Numbered from the stretch's first letter, positions 9,458 through 19,675 are shown. The stretch: DNA of 63,794 bases from Deltaproteobacteria bacterium (GCA_038150265.1 JAYOTF010000019.1:1-63794), one strand, 5' to 3'. Numbers and translations: made by a program. The notes: generated by a model from the letters alone, not told the origin.

Positions 9458-9955
9458 TTACGGGAGGACCTGAAAGGTGTTTGGGCAAAACGTACTGACC
9501 TCCACGGCGTCCTCCGGATTCCACTGCGCATGAAGCGTGAAGCAGCCTTCTGCGGCGGTTTGAAACTCCAGGGCTTCCACGGCAGGCAGCAGCGTCTGGA
9601 AGCTGGAGCCACCCGAGCTGCGGCTGAGGCGGTGGGTGGCGGAGTCAAAGCGGTACCGCAGCCACTCCCGAGGATCGTCAAGGTCTCCATCGTGGTTGAA
9701 ATCGGCGTAAAGCTGCAGCAGCTCCGGGGCGACCTCAAGGGAGGGGCCGGTGCGGAGGCCATAACCCGCCTGAAACACTTCCATCCGGAGCAGAGACAGG
9801 AAGCGGAGGGCGTCGGAGTCGGCTTCTTCCTGCATGGTGTCGCTGAGAACGAGGCGATTCAGTTCCTGCCAGGCCGGAAGCACTGCTGCCAGCAAGATGA
9901 GTCCGGCTGTGAGCGCGATCAGGACTTCCAGCAGCGTAAAAGCCGGCCGCCTCAT
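9458..9955 (-). CDS. Type IV minor pilin-like protein (PilW-like)
   Basis: N-terminal RRPA|FTLLEVL prepilin motif, LRMEVFQAGY. Start overlaps the upstream stop (ATGA). Confidence 0.7.
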   Translation of the reverse strand: MRRPAFTLLEVLIALTAGLILLAAVLPAWQELNRLVLSDTMQEEADSDALRFLSLLRMEVFQAGYGLRTGPSLEVAPELLQLYADFNHDGDLDDPREWLRYRFDSATHRLSRSSGGSSFQTLLPAVEALEFQTAAEGCFTLHAQWNPEDAVEVSTFCPNTFQVLP

Positions 9956-10359
9956 GGTGGCTCCGGAAGCACCCAGTACCACTGGTGATCGGCCTCCAGG
10001 GGCGCCTCGGAGACCAACTGCACCCGTAGGAGGCGAGTGGTGGGCGTTTGCCGAAGAAGTGACCACTCCATGGTGATCGGCTGCTGGAGAAAGAGGTGGT
10101 CATTTCTTCCGGAAGTCTGCCCCGTTGTGGCGACAATTGCCCGGATCTCCTGCTGCCACATCAGCAGGTTTCGGGACAGGAACTGAGCTTGCTCCGCTTT
10201 GGTCTTTTGTCCCTGCAAGTGGTCGATGCTTTGCATTGCGCTCAGAGCAGCAACACTAAAGAGCGTGATGCTCACGAGCACCTCAACCAGGGTAAAGCCG
10301 GTAATTTTCCGAGAATGCTTGCGAAAGCCCGTGGTTTTGCTAAAAATGGCGTTTCTCAT
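9952..10359 (-). CDS. Type IV minor pilin-like protein (PilV-like)
   Basis: KITG|FTLVEVLV prepilin cleavage/methylation motif followed by a hydrophobic helix. Confidence 0.75.
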   Translation of the reverse strand: MRNAIFSKTTGFRKHSRKITGFTLVEVLVSITLFSVAALSAMQSIDHLQGQKTKAEQAQFLSRNLLMWQQEIRAIVATTGQTSGRNDHLFLQQPITMEWSLLRQTPTTRLLRVQLVSEAPLEADHQWYWVLPEPP

Positions 10360-10431
10360 TTCAAGGTAGGTAGTTCATGGGGATGATGTCCTTCTTCGAA
10401 AACAATCGGACTGTGTTACAAGGAGTCAACG

Positions 10432-13125
10432 ATGAAATTTGAGTACCCAGGTCTAAGCGCCAGCGAGGTGCAGGAATCAAGAAGTCGACATGGCTCAAAC
10501 GTCCTGACTCAGGGTCAGGTAGAGACCTTTGGGGACAAGCTCCTTGAAAACCTCAAGGACCCGATCATCATCATTTTGATTGTGGCCCTCGGGGTGACGG
10601 TGCTGCTGGCCGTTCTGGGATTTGCGCCCTGGTACGAGGGCCTGGGCATTGCCATTGCCGTGGTGCTGGCAACCCTGGTGGCCACCTGGTCAGAGTACAG
10701 CAACGAAAATGAATTTCAGCGGCTCATGGAGGAAGCCTCCAAGGTCCGGGTGAAGATCTTCCGAGGCGGGATTCTGGAAGAGATCCTCATCGACGAGGTC
10801 GTCGTGGGCGATCACATCCTGCTGCAGCCCGGGGACACGATTCCCGCTGACGGGGCGCTCATTGCCGGGAGGCTGGAGGTCAACGAGTCCGCCCTGACGG
10901 GGGAGTCCGAGCCCCTCAAGAAGGTCCCGATGGAAGGGGAGGCCTTCAATGAGGAAAAGAATGGACTGGGACGCGCGGCCCTGATTGATGATGGCGAAGG
11001 CGTCATGCGGGTGCAAGCGGTCGGTGAGCAGACCAAGTATGGCGCCAGCGTCAAGGACATTGCTCAGGCGGAAACCCGGATGTCGCCGCTGCAGGAGAAG
11101 CTTTCGGACCTCGGCACCAAGATCAGCCAGTTTGGGTACTTTGGGGCAACCTTCATTGCCCTTTCCTTCATGTTCAACCACATCTTCATTGAAGCCAACG
11201 GCTGGAGCGACTACCTGGCGACCTTTGCGACAGGCGAGATCATTCACCACGTCGTGACCGCAATTGTCCTGGCCATCATCATCATCGTGGTGGCGGTTCC
11301 GGAAGGGCTGCCGATGATGATTGCGGTGGTGCTGGCGCTGAACATGCGCAAGCTCCTCCGAGCCAACGTGCTGGTCCGGAAGCTGTTGGGAATTGAAACC
11401 TCCGGAAGCCTGACCGTTCTGTTTACGGACAAGACGGGCACGCTGACTGAGGGACGCCTGCAGGTGGCCGAGATCATCACGGGGGACGCCACCCACTACA
11501 AGGACCTGTCCGAGCTGTCGGGCGCCCTGAGTCACGAGGTCGTGTTTGCGCTGCGCAACAACACCAGCGCTTCCATTGATGCGAGCAATCCGGAGCATCC
11601 GCAGATTGTCGGAGCCAACCCGACAGAAAAGGCGATGCTGCAGTTCCTCGGCACCAAGCTGGCCGAGAAGAGCGACGTGCGTCAGGTGGCCAGCATCCCC
11701 TTCAATTCGGCCTACAAGTTTTCTGCAGCTCAGGTCGAGGGAGAGCGTTCCCTGACCCTGGTCAAGGGAGCGGGTGAAGTGATCCTGGCGGGCTGTACGC
11801 ATTACCTGGATGCCGACGGCAACCGGCAGCCGCTTCCCAGCCATGAGGCCCTTTTGGGGGAAATGAGTGGCCTGGCGGCGCGGGCCATGCGCCTGATCGG
11901 CCTGGCTGTGTCCGACCAACCCTTGGGCAGCGACCCGACGTTGCCACCGGAGTTGACGCTGGTGGCGCTGTTTGGCCTCCGGGATGAGATGCGCAAGGAA
12001 TCTCGCCCTGCTGTGGAAAGTGCGCATGCCGCTGGCATCCAGGTGGTCATGATTACGGGAGACTCCAAGGAAACGGCTCAGGCGATCGCCCGGGAGGTGG
12101 ACATCATTCGCTCAGAAGAGGAGATCGTGATGACCTCCAAGGAGCTGGGCGAGATGTCGGACGACGAGGTGAAGCGGACCCTGCCGAAACTGCGGGTGGT
12201 GGCACGCGCCCTGCCGACAGACAAGAGCCGCCTGGTCAAGCTGGCGAAGGACATGAACTGGGTCGTCGGCATGACCGGAGACGGGGTGAACGATGCGCCT
12301 GCGGTCAAGAACGCAGACGTCGGCTTTGCGATGGGGTCCGGAACCGACCTGACCAAGGAGTCGGGGCACATCGTGATTCTGGACAACAACTTCCTGTCTC
12401 TGACCAATGCGGTTCTCTACGGACGGACCCTGCTGAAGTCGATCCGGAAGTTCCTGGTGTTCCAGCTTTCAGTGAACGTCGCTGCGATCCTGGTCGCATT
12501 CCTGGGGCCGTTCTTTGGAACCGATTTGCCGCTGACCATGACCCAGCTGCTCTGGATCAACATTGTCATGGACACCCTGGCCGCGTTTGCCTTCTCAGGG
12601 GAGGCCGCCTTGCAGCGGTACATGAAGGAAAAACCCATTCCGAAGAATGCTCCTCTGATTACAGGAGACATGTGGTCGGCGATCCTGGTCAACGGCTTTG
12701 CGGTCGCCACCCTGAGCCTGCTGTTCCTGACCCAGGACTGGATCATCAACCTCTTCCCGTGTGAAGTGGACGGCGTTTCGCGCTGCCCAACCAATGCGAA
12801 GGGAGAGACGATCCAGCTGGTGCACCTGACGGCCTTCTTTGGGTTCTTCGTCTTCATCAACAACTTCAACAAGTTCAACTCCCGGACCGATGGGATCAAC
12901 CTCTTTGAGCACCTCCGGGACAACAAGAACTTCATGGAGGTGGTGGCGCTGATCTTCATTCTGCAGATCACCTTCACCTACCTCGGAGGAGAGATCCTGC
13001 GAACCGTGGGGCTGAACCTGATGGAGTGGGTGTACATCCTGCTCTTTGCCATCATCATCGTTCCCATTGATTTGCTCCGCAAATTCATTCGGAATGCCTT
13101 CTTCGACAACCCGGTGGTCGAATAA
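10432..13125 (+). CDS. Calcium-translocating P-type ATPase (P2 type)
   Basis: TGES, VAVPEGL, DKTGTLT, KGAGE, MITGD, TGDGVNDAPA, LLWINIVMD. Confidence 0.92.
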   Translation: MKFEYPGLSASEVQESRSRHGSNVLTQGQVETFGDKLLENLKDPIIIILIVALGVTVLLAVLGFAPWYEGLGIAIAVVLATLVATWSEYSNENEFQRLMEEASKVRVKIFRGGILEEILIDEVVVGDHILLQPGDTIPADGALIAGRLEVNESALTGESEPLKKVPMEGEAFNEEKNGLGRAALIDDGEGVMRVQAVGEQTKYGASVKDIAQAETRMSPLQEKLSDLGTKISQFGYFGATFIALSFMFNHIFIEANGWSDYLATFATGEIIHHVVTAIVLAIIIIVVAVPEGLPMMIAVVLALNMRKLLRANVLVRKLLGIETSGSLTVLFTDKTGTLTEGRLQVAEIITGDATHYKDLSELSGALSHEVVFALRNNTSASIDASNPEHPQIVGANPTEKAMLQFLGTKLAEKSDVRQVASIPFNSAYKFSAAQVEGERSLTLVKGAGEVILAGCTHYLDADGNRQPLPSHEALLGEMSGLAARAMRLIGLAVSDQPLGSDPTLPPELTLVALFGLRDEMRKESRPAVESAHAAGIQVVMITGDSKETAQAIAREVDIIRSEEEIVMTSKELGEMSDDEVKRTLPKLRVVARALPTDKSRLVKLAKDMNWVVGMTGDGVNDAPAVKNADVGFAMGSGTDLTKESGHIVILDNNFLSLTNAVLYGRTLLKSIRKFLVFQLSVNVAAILVAFLGPFFGTDLPLTMTQLLWINIVMDTLAAFAFSGEAALQRYMKEKPIPKNAPLITGDMWSAILVNGFAVATLSLLFLTQDWIINLFPCEVDGVSRCPTNAKGETIQLVHLTAFFGFFVFINNFNKFNSRTDGINLFEHLRDNKNFMEVVALIFILQITFTYLGGEILRTVGLNLMEWVYILLFAIIIVPIDLLRKFIRNAFFDNPVVE

Positions 13126-13133
13126 AGCCTGTG

Positions 13134-13159
13134 GCGGGTTCCGGAATTCCGGAGCCCGC
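13134..13159 (+). terminator. GC-rich hairpin after the ATPase gene; probable terminator
   Basis: GCGGGTTCCGGAATTCCGGAGCCCGC is a near-perfect palindrome followed by an AT-rich tract. Confidence 0.55.
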
Positions 13160-13169
13160 ATTTAATTCC

Positions 13170-13198
13170 TTGACAAACCAACGCAGTCGTGGAATTTT
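13170..13198 (+). promoter_or_regulatory. Putative sigma70 promoter of rho
   Basis: Perfect TTGACA at 13170-13175. The -10 region is weak (GGAATTTT). Confidence 0.45.
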
Positions 13199-13398
13199 AA
13201 GGTTTAGGATTTACCTGCCACAAAGCACACCCCTGCTTTACCTTAAGGCACCCTCTACCCCCTGACAGCAAACAAGCAAGGCGTCGAGCCAACTGTCACA
13301 GCGTTTCCGTTTTCGATCAACTTCGATTTCTGTTTTCCCCTTTCCATCACGATCCTGCCGGCTCAACGCCAGCTCACCAACCCGAACCCCAACGTCGA

Positions 13399-14736
13399 AT
13401 GAAGGCACAAGCAGCGACCTCCCGCAGATCCTCCTCCCGCAACCGCGATACCAATACGGAAATGCCAGCCAAAGATTCTCCCGATACCCTGAATCTTGTA
13501 GAACTTAAGAAAAAAGACATCACCGCGCTCATTAAAGTTGCTCGCGAGTACGACATTGAGAACGCGAACAGCATGCGGGTGCAGGATCTGATTTTTGAGC
13601 TGCTGCAAGCCCAAACCAAACAGAACGGCTCCATCTATGCCTCTGGCGTTTTGGAAACCCTTCCCGATGGGTTTGGATTCCTCCGGGCTCCGGATTACAA
13701 CTACCTGCCTGGGCCTGACGACATTTACGTCTCTCCCTCGCAAATCCGTCGCTTTAATCTCCGCACCGGCGACACCATTTCAGGCCTGATCCGTCCGCCG
13801 AAGGAAAGCGAGCGCTACTATGCGCTGCTCAAGGTGGAATCGGTCAACTTCCAACCGCCGGAAGTGGCGTTTGACAAGATCCTCTTTGACAACCTGACCC
13901 CGCTTTATCCGCAGGAACGCATCCGGCTGGAGCGCGGTGAGTCGGACCTGACGACCCGGATCATTGACCTGGCGACTCCGATTGGCAAGGGGCAACGGGG
14001 CCTGATTGTGGCACCACCCCGGACGGGTAAGACGATGATCCTGCAGTCCATTGCCAACAGCATCACGGCCAACCACCCCGAGGTGGACCTGATCGTGTTG
14101 CTGATTGACGAGCGTCCGGAAGAGGTGACCGACATGCAGCGCTCGGTTCGAGGCGAGGTGGTCAGCTCCACCTTTGACGAGCCGGCCACCCGGCACGTCC
14201 AGGTCTCGGAGATGGTGCTGGAGAAGGCCAAGCGCCTGGTGGAGCATCAGCGGGACGTGGTGATTCTGCTGGACTCCATCACCCGTCTGGCTCGCGCCTA
14301 CAACTCGGTGGTCCCGCCAAGCGGCAAGATCCTCTCGGGTGGGGTGGATTCCAACGCCCTGCACAAGCCGAAGCGCTTCTTTGGCGCTGCCCGGAACGTG
14401 GAGGAAGGGGGCTCTTTGACGATCATTGCCACGGCTCTGATTGATACCGGAAGCCGAATGGACGAAGTCATCTTTGAAGAGTTCAAGGGAACCGGTAATA
14501 TGGAACTGGTCCTGGACCGCAAGCTGGTCGAGAAACGCATCTTCCCGTCAATCGACATCAACAAGTCCGGAACCCGGAAGGAAGAACTGCTCATTGAAAA
14601 GGGCGATCTGGACCGCATTTGGGTCCTCCGCAAGGTGCTCGCTCAGCTCAATGTGGTCGAGGCCATGGAGTTCCTCACCGACAAGGTGGCGCGCTTCAAG
14701 AGCAACTCGGAATTTTTGAACATGATGGACAAGTAA
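13399..14736 (+). CDS. rho: Transcription termination factor Rho (alternative start at 13462)
   Basis: [53 protein letters not shown]. Confidence 0.98.
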   Translation: MKAQAATSRRSSSRNRDTNTEMPAKDSPDTLNLVELKKKDITALIKVAREYDIENANSMRVQDLIFELLQAQTKQNGSIYASGVLETLPDGFGFLRAPDYNYLPGPDDIYVSPSQIRRFNLRTGDTISGLIRPPKESERYYALLKVESVNFQPPEVAFDKILFDNLTPLYPQERIRLERGESDLTTRIIDLATPIGKGQRGLIVAPPRTGKTMILQSIANSITANHPEVDLIVLLIDERPEEVTDMQRSVRGEVVSSTFDEPATRHVQVSEMVLEKAKRLVEHQRDVVILLDSITRLARAYNSVVPPSGKILSGGVDSNALHKPKRFFGAARNVEEGGSLTIIATALIDTGSRMDEVIFEEFKGTGNMELVLDRKLVEKRIFPSIDINKSGTRKEELLIEKGDLDRIWVLRKVLAQLNVVEAMEFLTDKVARFKSNSEFLNMMDK

Positions 14737-14768
14737 CCCTAACCAGCTAAAGGACTGAGGAGACTGAA

Positions 14769-14975
14769 ATGAAAGAAGGCATTCATCCGGCTTACGTGGC
14801 GACGGAGTTTCGCTGTGCCTGTGGGACCACCTGGAATGCAGAGTCCACTCTTGGTGGCGTGCAAACCGTGGAGATCTGCTCTGGCTGCCACCCGTTCTTC
14901 ACGGGGCAGGCGCAGCGGGTCGTGGACACGGCAGGGCGCATTGAGAAGTTCAAACGCCGCTACCAGCGCGCCTAA
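14769..14975 (+). CDS. rpmE: 50S ribosomal protein L31 (Zn-binding CxC..CxxC form)
   Basis: [30 protein letters not shown]. Confidence 0.96.
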   Translation: MKEGIHPAYVATEFRCACGTTWNAESTLGGVQTVEICSGCHPFFTGQAQRVVDTAGRIEKFKRRYQRA

Positions 14976-16042
14976 TGAGAGACAAGCTTGCGGGCATCAG
15001 TGAGCGTTACGATCGGCTGACTGAACAACTCGGAGACCCCGAGGTTCTGGCTGATCAGGAACACTACCAAAAGCTGACCCGTGAGCATGCCGAATTGGAG
15101 GAGATCACCCTGCCCTACCGGGAACTCCTCCAAGTGGAAGCCCAGCTTCAGGATGCCAAACGTTTGGCATCCGACACCAAGGAAGACCCCGAACTTCGCG
15201 AGTTGGCGCAGGCCGAACTCGAGGAACTCGCCCCCCGACTGGAGGAACTGGAACAGCAAGTTTCCCTCCTGCTCATCCCCAAGCATCCTGACGACAGCCG
15301 CGACATCATCCTGGAGATCCGTGCAGGCACTGGCGGAGACGAAGCCGCCCTGTTTGCCCGAGACCTCTTCCGGATGTACGCCCGGTATGCCGAGACCCAA
15401 CGCTGGAAGTTCAACATCCTTGATGAGAGCCTCACGGACATTGGAGGGTACAAGGAGGTGACGGTTTCAGTGGAAGGCAAGAACGTTTACAGCCGCCTCA
15501 AGTTTGAAGGAGGCGTGCATCGCGTTCAGCGGGTTCCGAAAACCGAAACCCAGGGACGCATTCACACCTCAGCTGCCACGGTTGCCGTGATGCCGGAGGC
15601 GGAAGATGTGGAGATTGACATCAACCCTGCCGACCTGCGCGTGGACGTCTACCGCTCCAGCGGCGCGGGTGGCCAGCACGTCAATACCACCGACTCTGCC
15701 GTCCGGATCACCCACCTGCCGACAGGGATTGTGGTGACCTGCCAAAATGAGAAGTCCCAGCACAAGAACCGCAGCCATGCGATGAAGGTCCTCCGGGCCC
15801 GACTGTATGAGGAGCACATGGCCTCTCAGCATGAAGCGGCCACCGAGCAGCGCCGCAGCATGGTCGGCTCTGGCGATCGCAGCGAGCGCATCCGGACTTA
15901 CAACTTCCCCCAGGGGCGTCTGACCGATCACCGCATTGGCCTCACGCTCTACCGCCTGGAAGAAATCCTGCTTGGAGACCTGGACTCCGTCATTGAACCG
16001 CTGCTGCAGCACCATCAGGCGGAGTTGCTGAAGGCCTCATGA
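14975..16042 (+). CDS. prfA: Peptide chain release factor 1
   Basis: [19 protein letters not shown] (PxT tripeptide), [16 protein letters not shown]. Confidence 0.97.
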   Translation: MRDKLAGISERYDRLTEQLGDPEVLADQEHYQKLTREHAELEEITLPYRELLQVEAQLQDAKRLASDTKEDPELRELAQAELEELAPRLEELEQQVSLLLIPKHPDDSRDIILEIRAGTGGDEAALFARDLFRMYARYAETQRWKFNILDESLTDIGGYKEVTVSVEGKNVYSRLKFEGGVHRVQRVPKTETQGRIHTSAATVAVMPEAEDVEIDINPADLRVDVYRSSGAGGQHVNTTDSAVRITHLPTGIVVTCQNEKSQHKNRSHAMKVLRARLYEEHMASQHEAATEQRRSMVGSGDRSERIRTYNFPQGRLTDHRIGLTLYRLEEILLGDLDSVIEPLLQHHQAELLKAS

Positions 16043-16695
16043 TCCTTTACGCCCTCCCCATCAGCAACTACTGCAGCAAGGTCCGGATCGTCCTGCGCTA
16101 CAAGGGCATCCCGCACGAGGTGGTGCCCCCTCCAGACGGCTACGGCTCGGACGCCTACAAGCAAGCGGTCCCCTCCGGAAAGATCCCGGGGCTGGTGGAC
16201 GGAACCCTGGCCCTTTCGGAGTCGGAAACCATCAATGAGTACCTCGAGGAACGGTTTCCGGAGCCCGCCCTGCTTCCGGAAGACGTGGCGCAGCGAGCAC
16301 GGGTTCGGCAGCTTTCCCGGCATCATGATCTGGCGGTGGAACCCGTGATTCGGTCGCTGTTCCGGGAAGTGGCTCCTGCGACCCGAAGGCCGGAGGTGAT
16401 CGATGAGAAGGCTCAGGAGCTGGACCGTCAGCTGCAACTCCTGGCGACCCTGGCCTCTCCACAGCCCTTTCTGCTGACCCCCACCCTGTCTTTGGCTGAC
16501 GTGGGATACGCCCCCACGCTGCTGCTGGGCCGGCTGATGTGGCAGGCCTTTGGGCGCGAGTGGAGGCTTCCGGAGCCGCTCCAACCCTGGATGGAAGTGC
16601 TGACGGCAGTTCCGGCGGTCGCAGAGACCCTGGCGGAAGCGGAAGCCGCAACTGAGGCGTGGATCGCCAGCAAGCACACGCCCACGGCGCGTTGA
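16039..16695 (+). CDS. Glutathione S-transferase family protein
   Basis: [33 protein letters not shown]. Confidence 0.85.
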   Translation: MILYALPISNYCSKVRIVLRYKGIPHEVVPPPDGYGSDAYKQAVPSGKIPGLVDGTLALSESETINEYLEERFPEPALLPEDVAQRARVRQLSRHHDLAVEPVIRSLFREVAPATRRPEVIDEKAQELDRQLQLLATLASPQPFLLTPTLSLADVGYAPTLLLGRLMWQAFGREWRLPEPLQPWMEVLTAVPAVAETLAEAEAATEAWIASKHTPTAR

Positions 16696-16893
16696 CGGTC
16701 TGGTCGCAGATTTGACCTTCCCCCCGATTCTTCCTACCATATTTTTTCCCTGTTTGCGGATGCAAACCCGACCCTTAACCCTCAACTTCCCCTGAGCATC
16801 CAGGTGCCGGGAAGACCGCTTTAGGCCTTTGGAGGAGGCCGCTTCGGGATCCGTTTGGATCTGAACCCCCTACTACTTTTGAGAAAGCAGACG

Positions 16894-17673
16894 ATGATGC
16901 GTAAATTCGGAAAAACGCTCCTGATTTGGGCGGCAACCGCCCTCATGGCGCTCCCGGTTTGGGGAGAATCACGACTGGACCAAATTGCCAGCGAAGGCAA
17001 GCTCCGTGTAGGAACGCCGGGTAACTGGAAGCCGATGAGCTACCGGGATCCGCAGACGAACGAATACGTCGGTTTTGACGTGGACCTGGTGAAGCTGCTG
17101 GCGCAGGACATGGGCGTGGAGATTGAGTTTGTTCCTACCGACTGGAAATCCGTGGCCATCGCGGTGGGCAGCAAGTACGACCTCTCAACGAGCGCCTCGA
17201 TCAGCCCGCAGCGAGCGATGGTCGCCGGCTACACGACGCCGTACTTTGCCGTGGCGGATGTCCCGATTGTGCTGAAGAAGAACGAGGAACGCTTCCAGGA
17301 TTGGGAAGACCTCAACCAGGAAGACGTGACGGTGGCGGTGACCCTGGGGACGGTTCAGGAAAAGCGAGCAGCCCTGCTGTTTCCGGATGCCAAGATCCGT
17401 AAGGTGGAAGAGCCGGCTCGTGACTGGCAGGAAGTGCTGTCCGGACGGGCTGATGCGTCCATGACGAGCAACACCGAAGCCGCCAACCTGACCGGTCAGC
17501 ACCCGCAGCTGGCTGTGGTCCCGGTGATGGAAATGAAGAACCCGACTCCGATTGCGATGCTCACTCCGCGAGGAGATCAGGAGTGGATCAACTTCGTCAA
17601 CCACTGGCTGCTGCTGCAGATGGAGCGCGGGACCCTTGATGAACTCAAGGAAAAGTGGGGCCTGCTCGACTAG
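16894..17673 (+). CDS. Family-3 periplasmic amino-acid-binding protein (cyclohexadienyl dehydratase-like fold)
   Basis: Signal peptide, GKLRVGT, GFDVDL, EFVPTDW. No adjacent permease genes. Confidence 0.78.
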   Translation: MMRKFGKTLLIWAATALMALPVWGESRLDQIASEGKLRVGTPGNWKPMSYRDPQTNEYVGFDVDLVKLLAQDMGVEIEFVPTDWKSVAIAVGSKYDLSTSASISPQRAMVAGYTTPYFAVADVPIVLKKNEERFQDWEDLNQEDVTVAVTLGTVQEKRAALLFPDAKIRKVEEPARDWQEVLSGRADASMTSNTEAANLTGQHPQLAVVPVMEMKNPTPIAMLTPRGDQEWINFVNHWLLLQMERGTLDELKEKWGLLD

Positions 17674-17697
17674 GTTCACGGAGCCCGTGCCATCAGA

Positions 17698-17717
17698 TCG
17701 CCCGGAGATCCGGGCGA
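17698..17717 (+). terminator. Hairpin downstream of the binding-protein gene
   Basis: TCGCCCGG-AGAT-CCGGGCGA forms an 8-bp stem, with no U-tract. Confidence 0.35.
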
Positions 17718-17930
17718 CGTCCAAGGGAATGAGAGGGGTGGTGCTTTGTGAGCGTTGTTCAGGCCATGACAGCTCGCTCCAGAAACAACAGAAAAAACGT
17801 CATTCCGGAGGTCACAGCGATCCAGATAATGGCTGCGGGTTCCATGAAAGTTAAAGAGCACGTTCTCCGGGCACCGTAGCACACGAAAAAGCCCGAATCA
17901 ACCGACCCTCCGAATCGCCCTCATTGGCGC

Positions 17931-17957
17931 CTTTATCATAATAATATTATGTAAATT
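17931..17957. other. dif-like (XerC/D-type) site with a non-canonical 5-bp spacer
   Basis: CTTTATCATAA-TAATA-TTATGTAAATT carries the CATAA and TTATG cores of dif arms in a long intergenic region. Confidence 0.4.
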
Positions 17958-18193
17958 TAATTTTGAATTTCCCCACCGTACTCCCTTCCTTTTCCTCACT
18001 CAACGGACAGATCGTTTTCCACCCTTCCGCTTTCACAAGCGGCTCCGGACCCTGGCGTGAAAGAATCTTTCCTCCTCTTACTGGCTCCGGAATTTGAGAT
18101 CAAATTACTGTTTTTGTTTGACTTAATTCGGTTTGCGCCTCGGCGCTGGCTCACCTTCAGGAGGGGCCAGCCAAAAATAATGACGATTTTTGT

Positions 18194-18222
18194 TTGACTT
18201 CAGGAAACCCCTGCGTTAATTT
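18194..18222 (+). promoter_or_regulatory. Putative sigma70 promoter of the sugar operon
   Basis: TTGACT-17 bp-TAATTT. Confidence 0.55.
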
Positions 18223-18254
18223 CGTTTCAGTTGATCTGAATATATAAACGTTAT

Positions 18255-18336
18255 TGAATAAAAATTCAAATCAGCTCAGATTTCGTTTTGGGAGCACAGC
18301 CACCTCCGAATTGTTTCCATTCTGAATTTTTATTCA
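18255..18336. promoter_or_regulatory. Operator pair TGAAT-N4-ATTCA, probably bound by the SorC-family regulator
   Basis: TGAATAAAAATTCA (18255-18268) and TGAATTTTTATTCA (18323-18336) are exact reverse complements. Confidence 0.65.
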
Positions 18337-18541
18337 AAAAAGAATAAAAATAAGAATGCCGGACTGAGCGAGGAACTCCAGTTTGGGGGGAGGCCTCACG
18401 TCTCGTCAGCGAGGCGACGGTCGGGTCGGGGAGGTGGTACTAGAGACAGCGTTTAGGCATCCGGGGCAAACGCGGAGTTGCCCTTATTTTTCAAAAGAGA
18501 GCCCAGGGTCAAGCGCCTTGGAGCCTTGAAGCGGGAGGAAC

Positions 18542-19516
18542 GTGGAGCAACAGACTCAGCGGAGCGGACAGAGCTCCGTCATGCCGATTATATCAATGAT
18601 AGGAGGCGCCGGCCCCTTTCTCGGGCTCATCGGCCTGTGTGTCTTCCTGACCTTTGCGACGGATTCCTTTCTCTCCATCCGCAACTTCCTCAACATTCTG
18701 GATCAGATCACCGTGTTAGGGGTGATGGCGGTGGGGATGACGTTTGTGATCCTGATTGCCGGGATCGACCTGGCAGTGGGTTCGGTGCTGGCGCTCTCGA
18801 TGATGGTGCTGGGGTACCTGAACGTTGAGATGGGGGTTGACCTGGGCTGGGCGATTGTCCTGGCGCTGGTGGCCTCGGCGCTTTCCGGGCTGACTTCCGG
18901 GGTGCTGATCACCCGCTTCAACGTGCCGCCCTTCATTGCCACGCTGGCGATGATGTCGATTGCCCGCGGACTCGCCAACATGATCACGAACGGTCAGCAG
19001 ATCATTGGCTTTCCGCCCTGGTTCAACATGTCCGCAATCATTCGCTACGGTGGGTTCCTCACGATTACGGTGGCGGTGATGCTGGTGATCTTTCTGTTGG
19101 CCTTTCTGTTCCAGCGCTACCGGGCCGGTGGGCGGACGCTGTATGCGATTGGCGGAAACTCCGAGGTGGCACGCCTGGCCGGGATCAACGTCAAGCTGAT
19201 CACCATCCTGGTTTACGTGTTCTCCAGCCTGCTGGCCGGAGTCGCTGGGGTGCTCATGGCGGCACGTCTGGACTCGGTTCAGCCGAGCTCCGGATTTGCG
19301 TATGAGCTGGACACGATTGCCGCAGTGGTCATTGGAGGAACGAGCCTGACGGGAGGCACCGGAGGCGTGGGGGGAACGCTGGTCGGGGTCCTCATCATTG
19401 GCGTGCTCCGGAACGGACTGAACCTGCTGGGCATCTCACCCTTCACCCAACAGGTGGTGATTGGAGCCGTGATCGTGCTCGCCGTCTCGGCGGAAAACCT
19501 GAAACGCAAGAAATAA
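18542..19516 (+). CDS. Sugar ABC transporter permease (RbsC family)
   Basis: GIDLAVGS, PPFIATL, YAIGGN..ARLAGI, YELDTIAAVVIGGTSL. Confidence 0.93.
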   Translation: MEQQTQRSGQSSVMPIISMIGGAGPFLGLIGLCVFLTFATDSFLSIRNFLNILDQITVLGVMAVGMTFVILIAGIDLAVGSVLALSMMVLGYLNVEMGVDLGWAIVLALVASALSGLTSGVLITRFNVPPFIATLAMMSIARGLANMITNGQQIIGFPPWFNMSAIIRYGGFLTITVAVMLVIFLLAFLFQRYRAGGRTLYAIGGNSEVARLAGINVKLITILVYVFSSLLAGVAGVLMAARLDSVQPSSGFAYELDTIAAVVIGGTSLTGGTGGVGGTLVGVLIIGVLRNGLNLLGISPFTQQVVIGAVIVLAVSAENLKRKK

Positions 19517-19675
19517 GGGGGAGGGGCTTTGGCCTCTGCATTGTCAACTCAATCCAGAAGGAGGTAGGAAGGCATCACGCTCTGACTTGAGAAACCGGGT
19601 ACCTCGCGGGGTCCGGGCAATCATCGGTAACACGTTACCTGGACAAACGATTTTCCTTCACTTAGGAGACTTCAC

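Noticed and set aside
18360..18541. Possible riboswitch in the sugar operon leader, and hairpin-rich spacers at 22126-22301, 24893-25098 and 61410-61639
   Set aside because: Only generic GC-rich hairpins, with no consensus I can recognise and no shared repeat between them.
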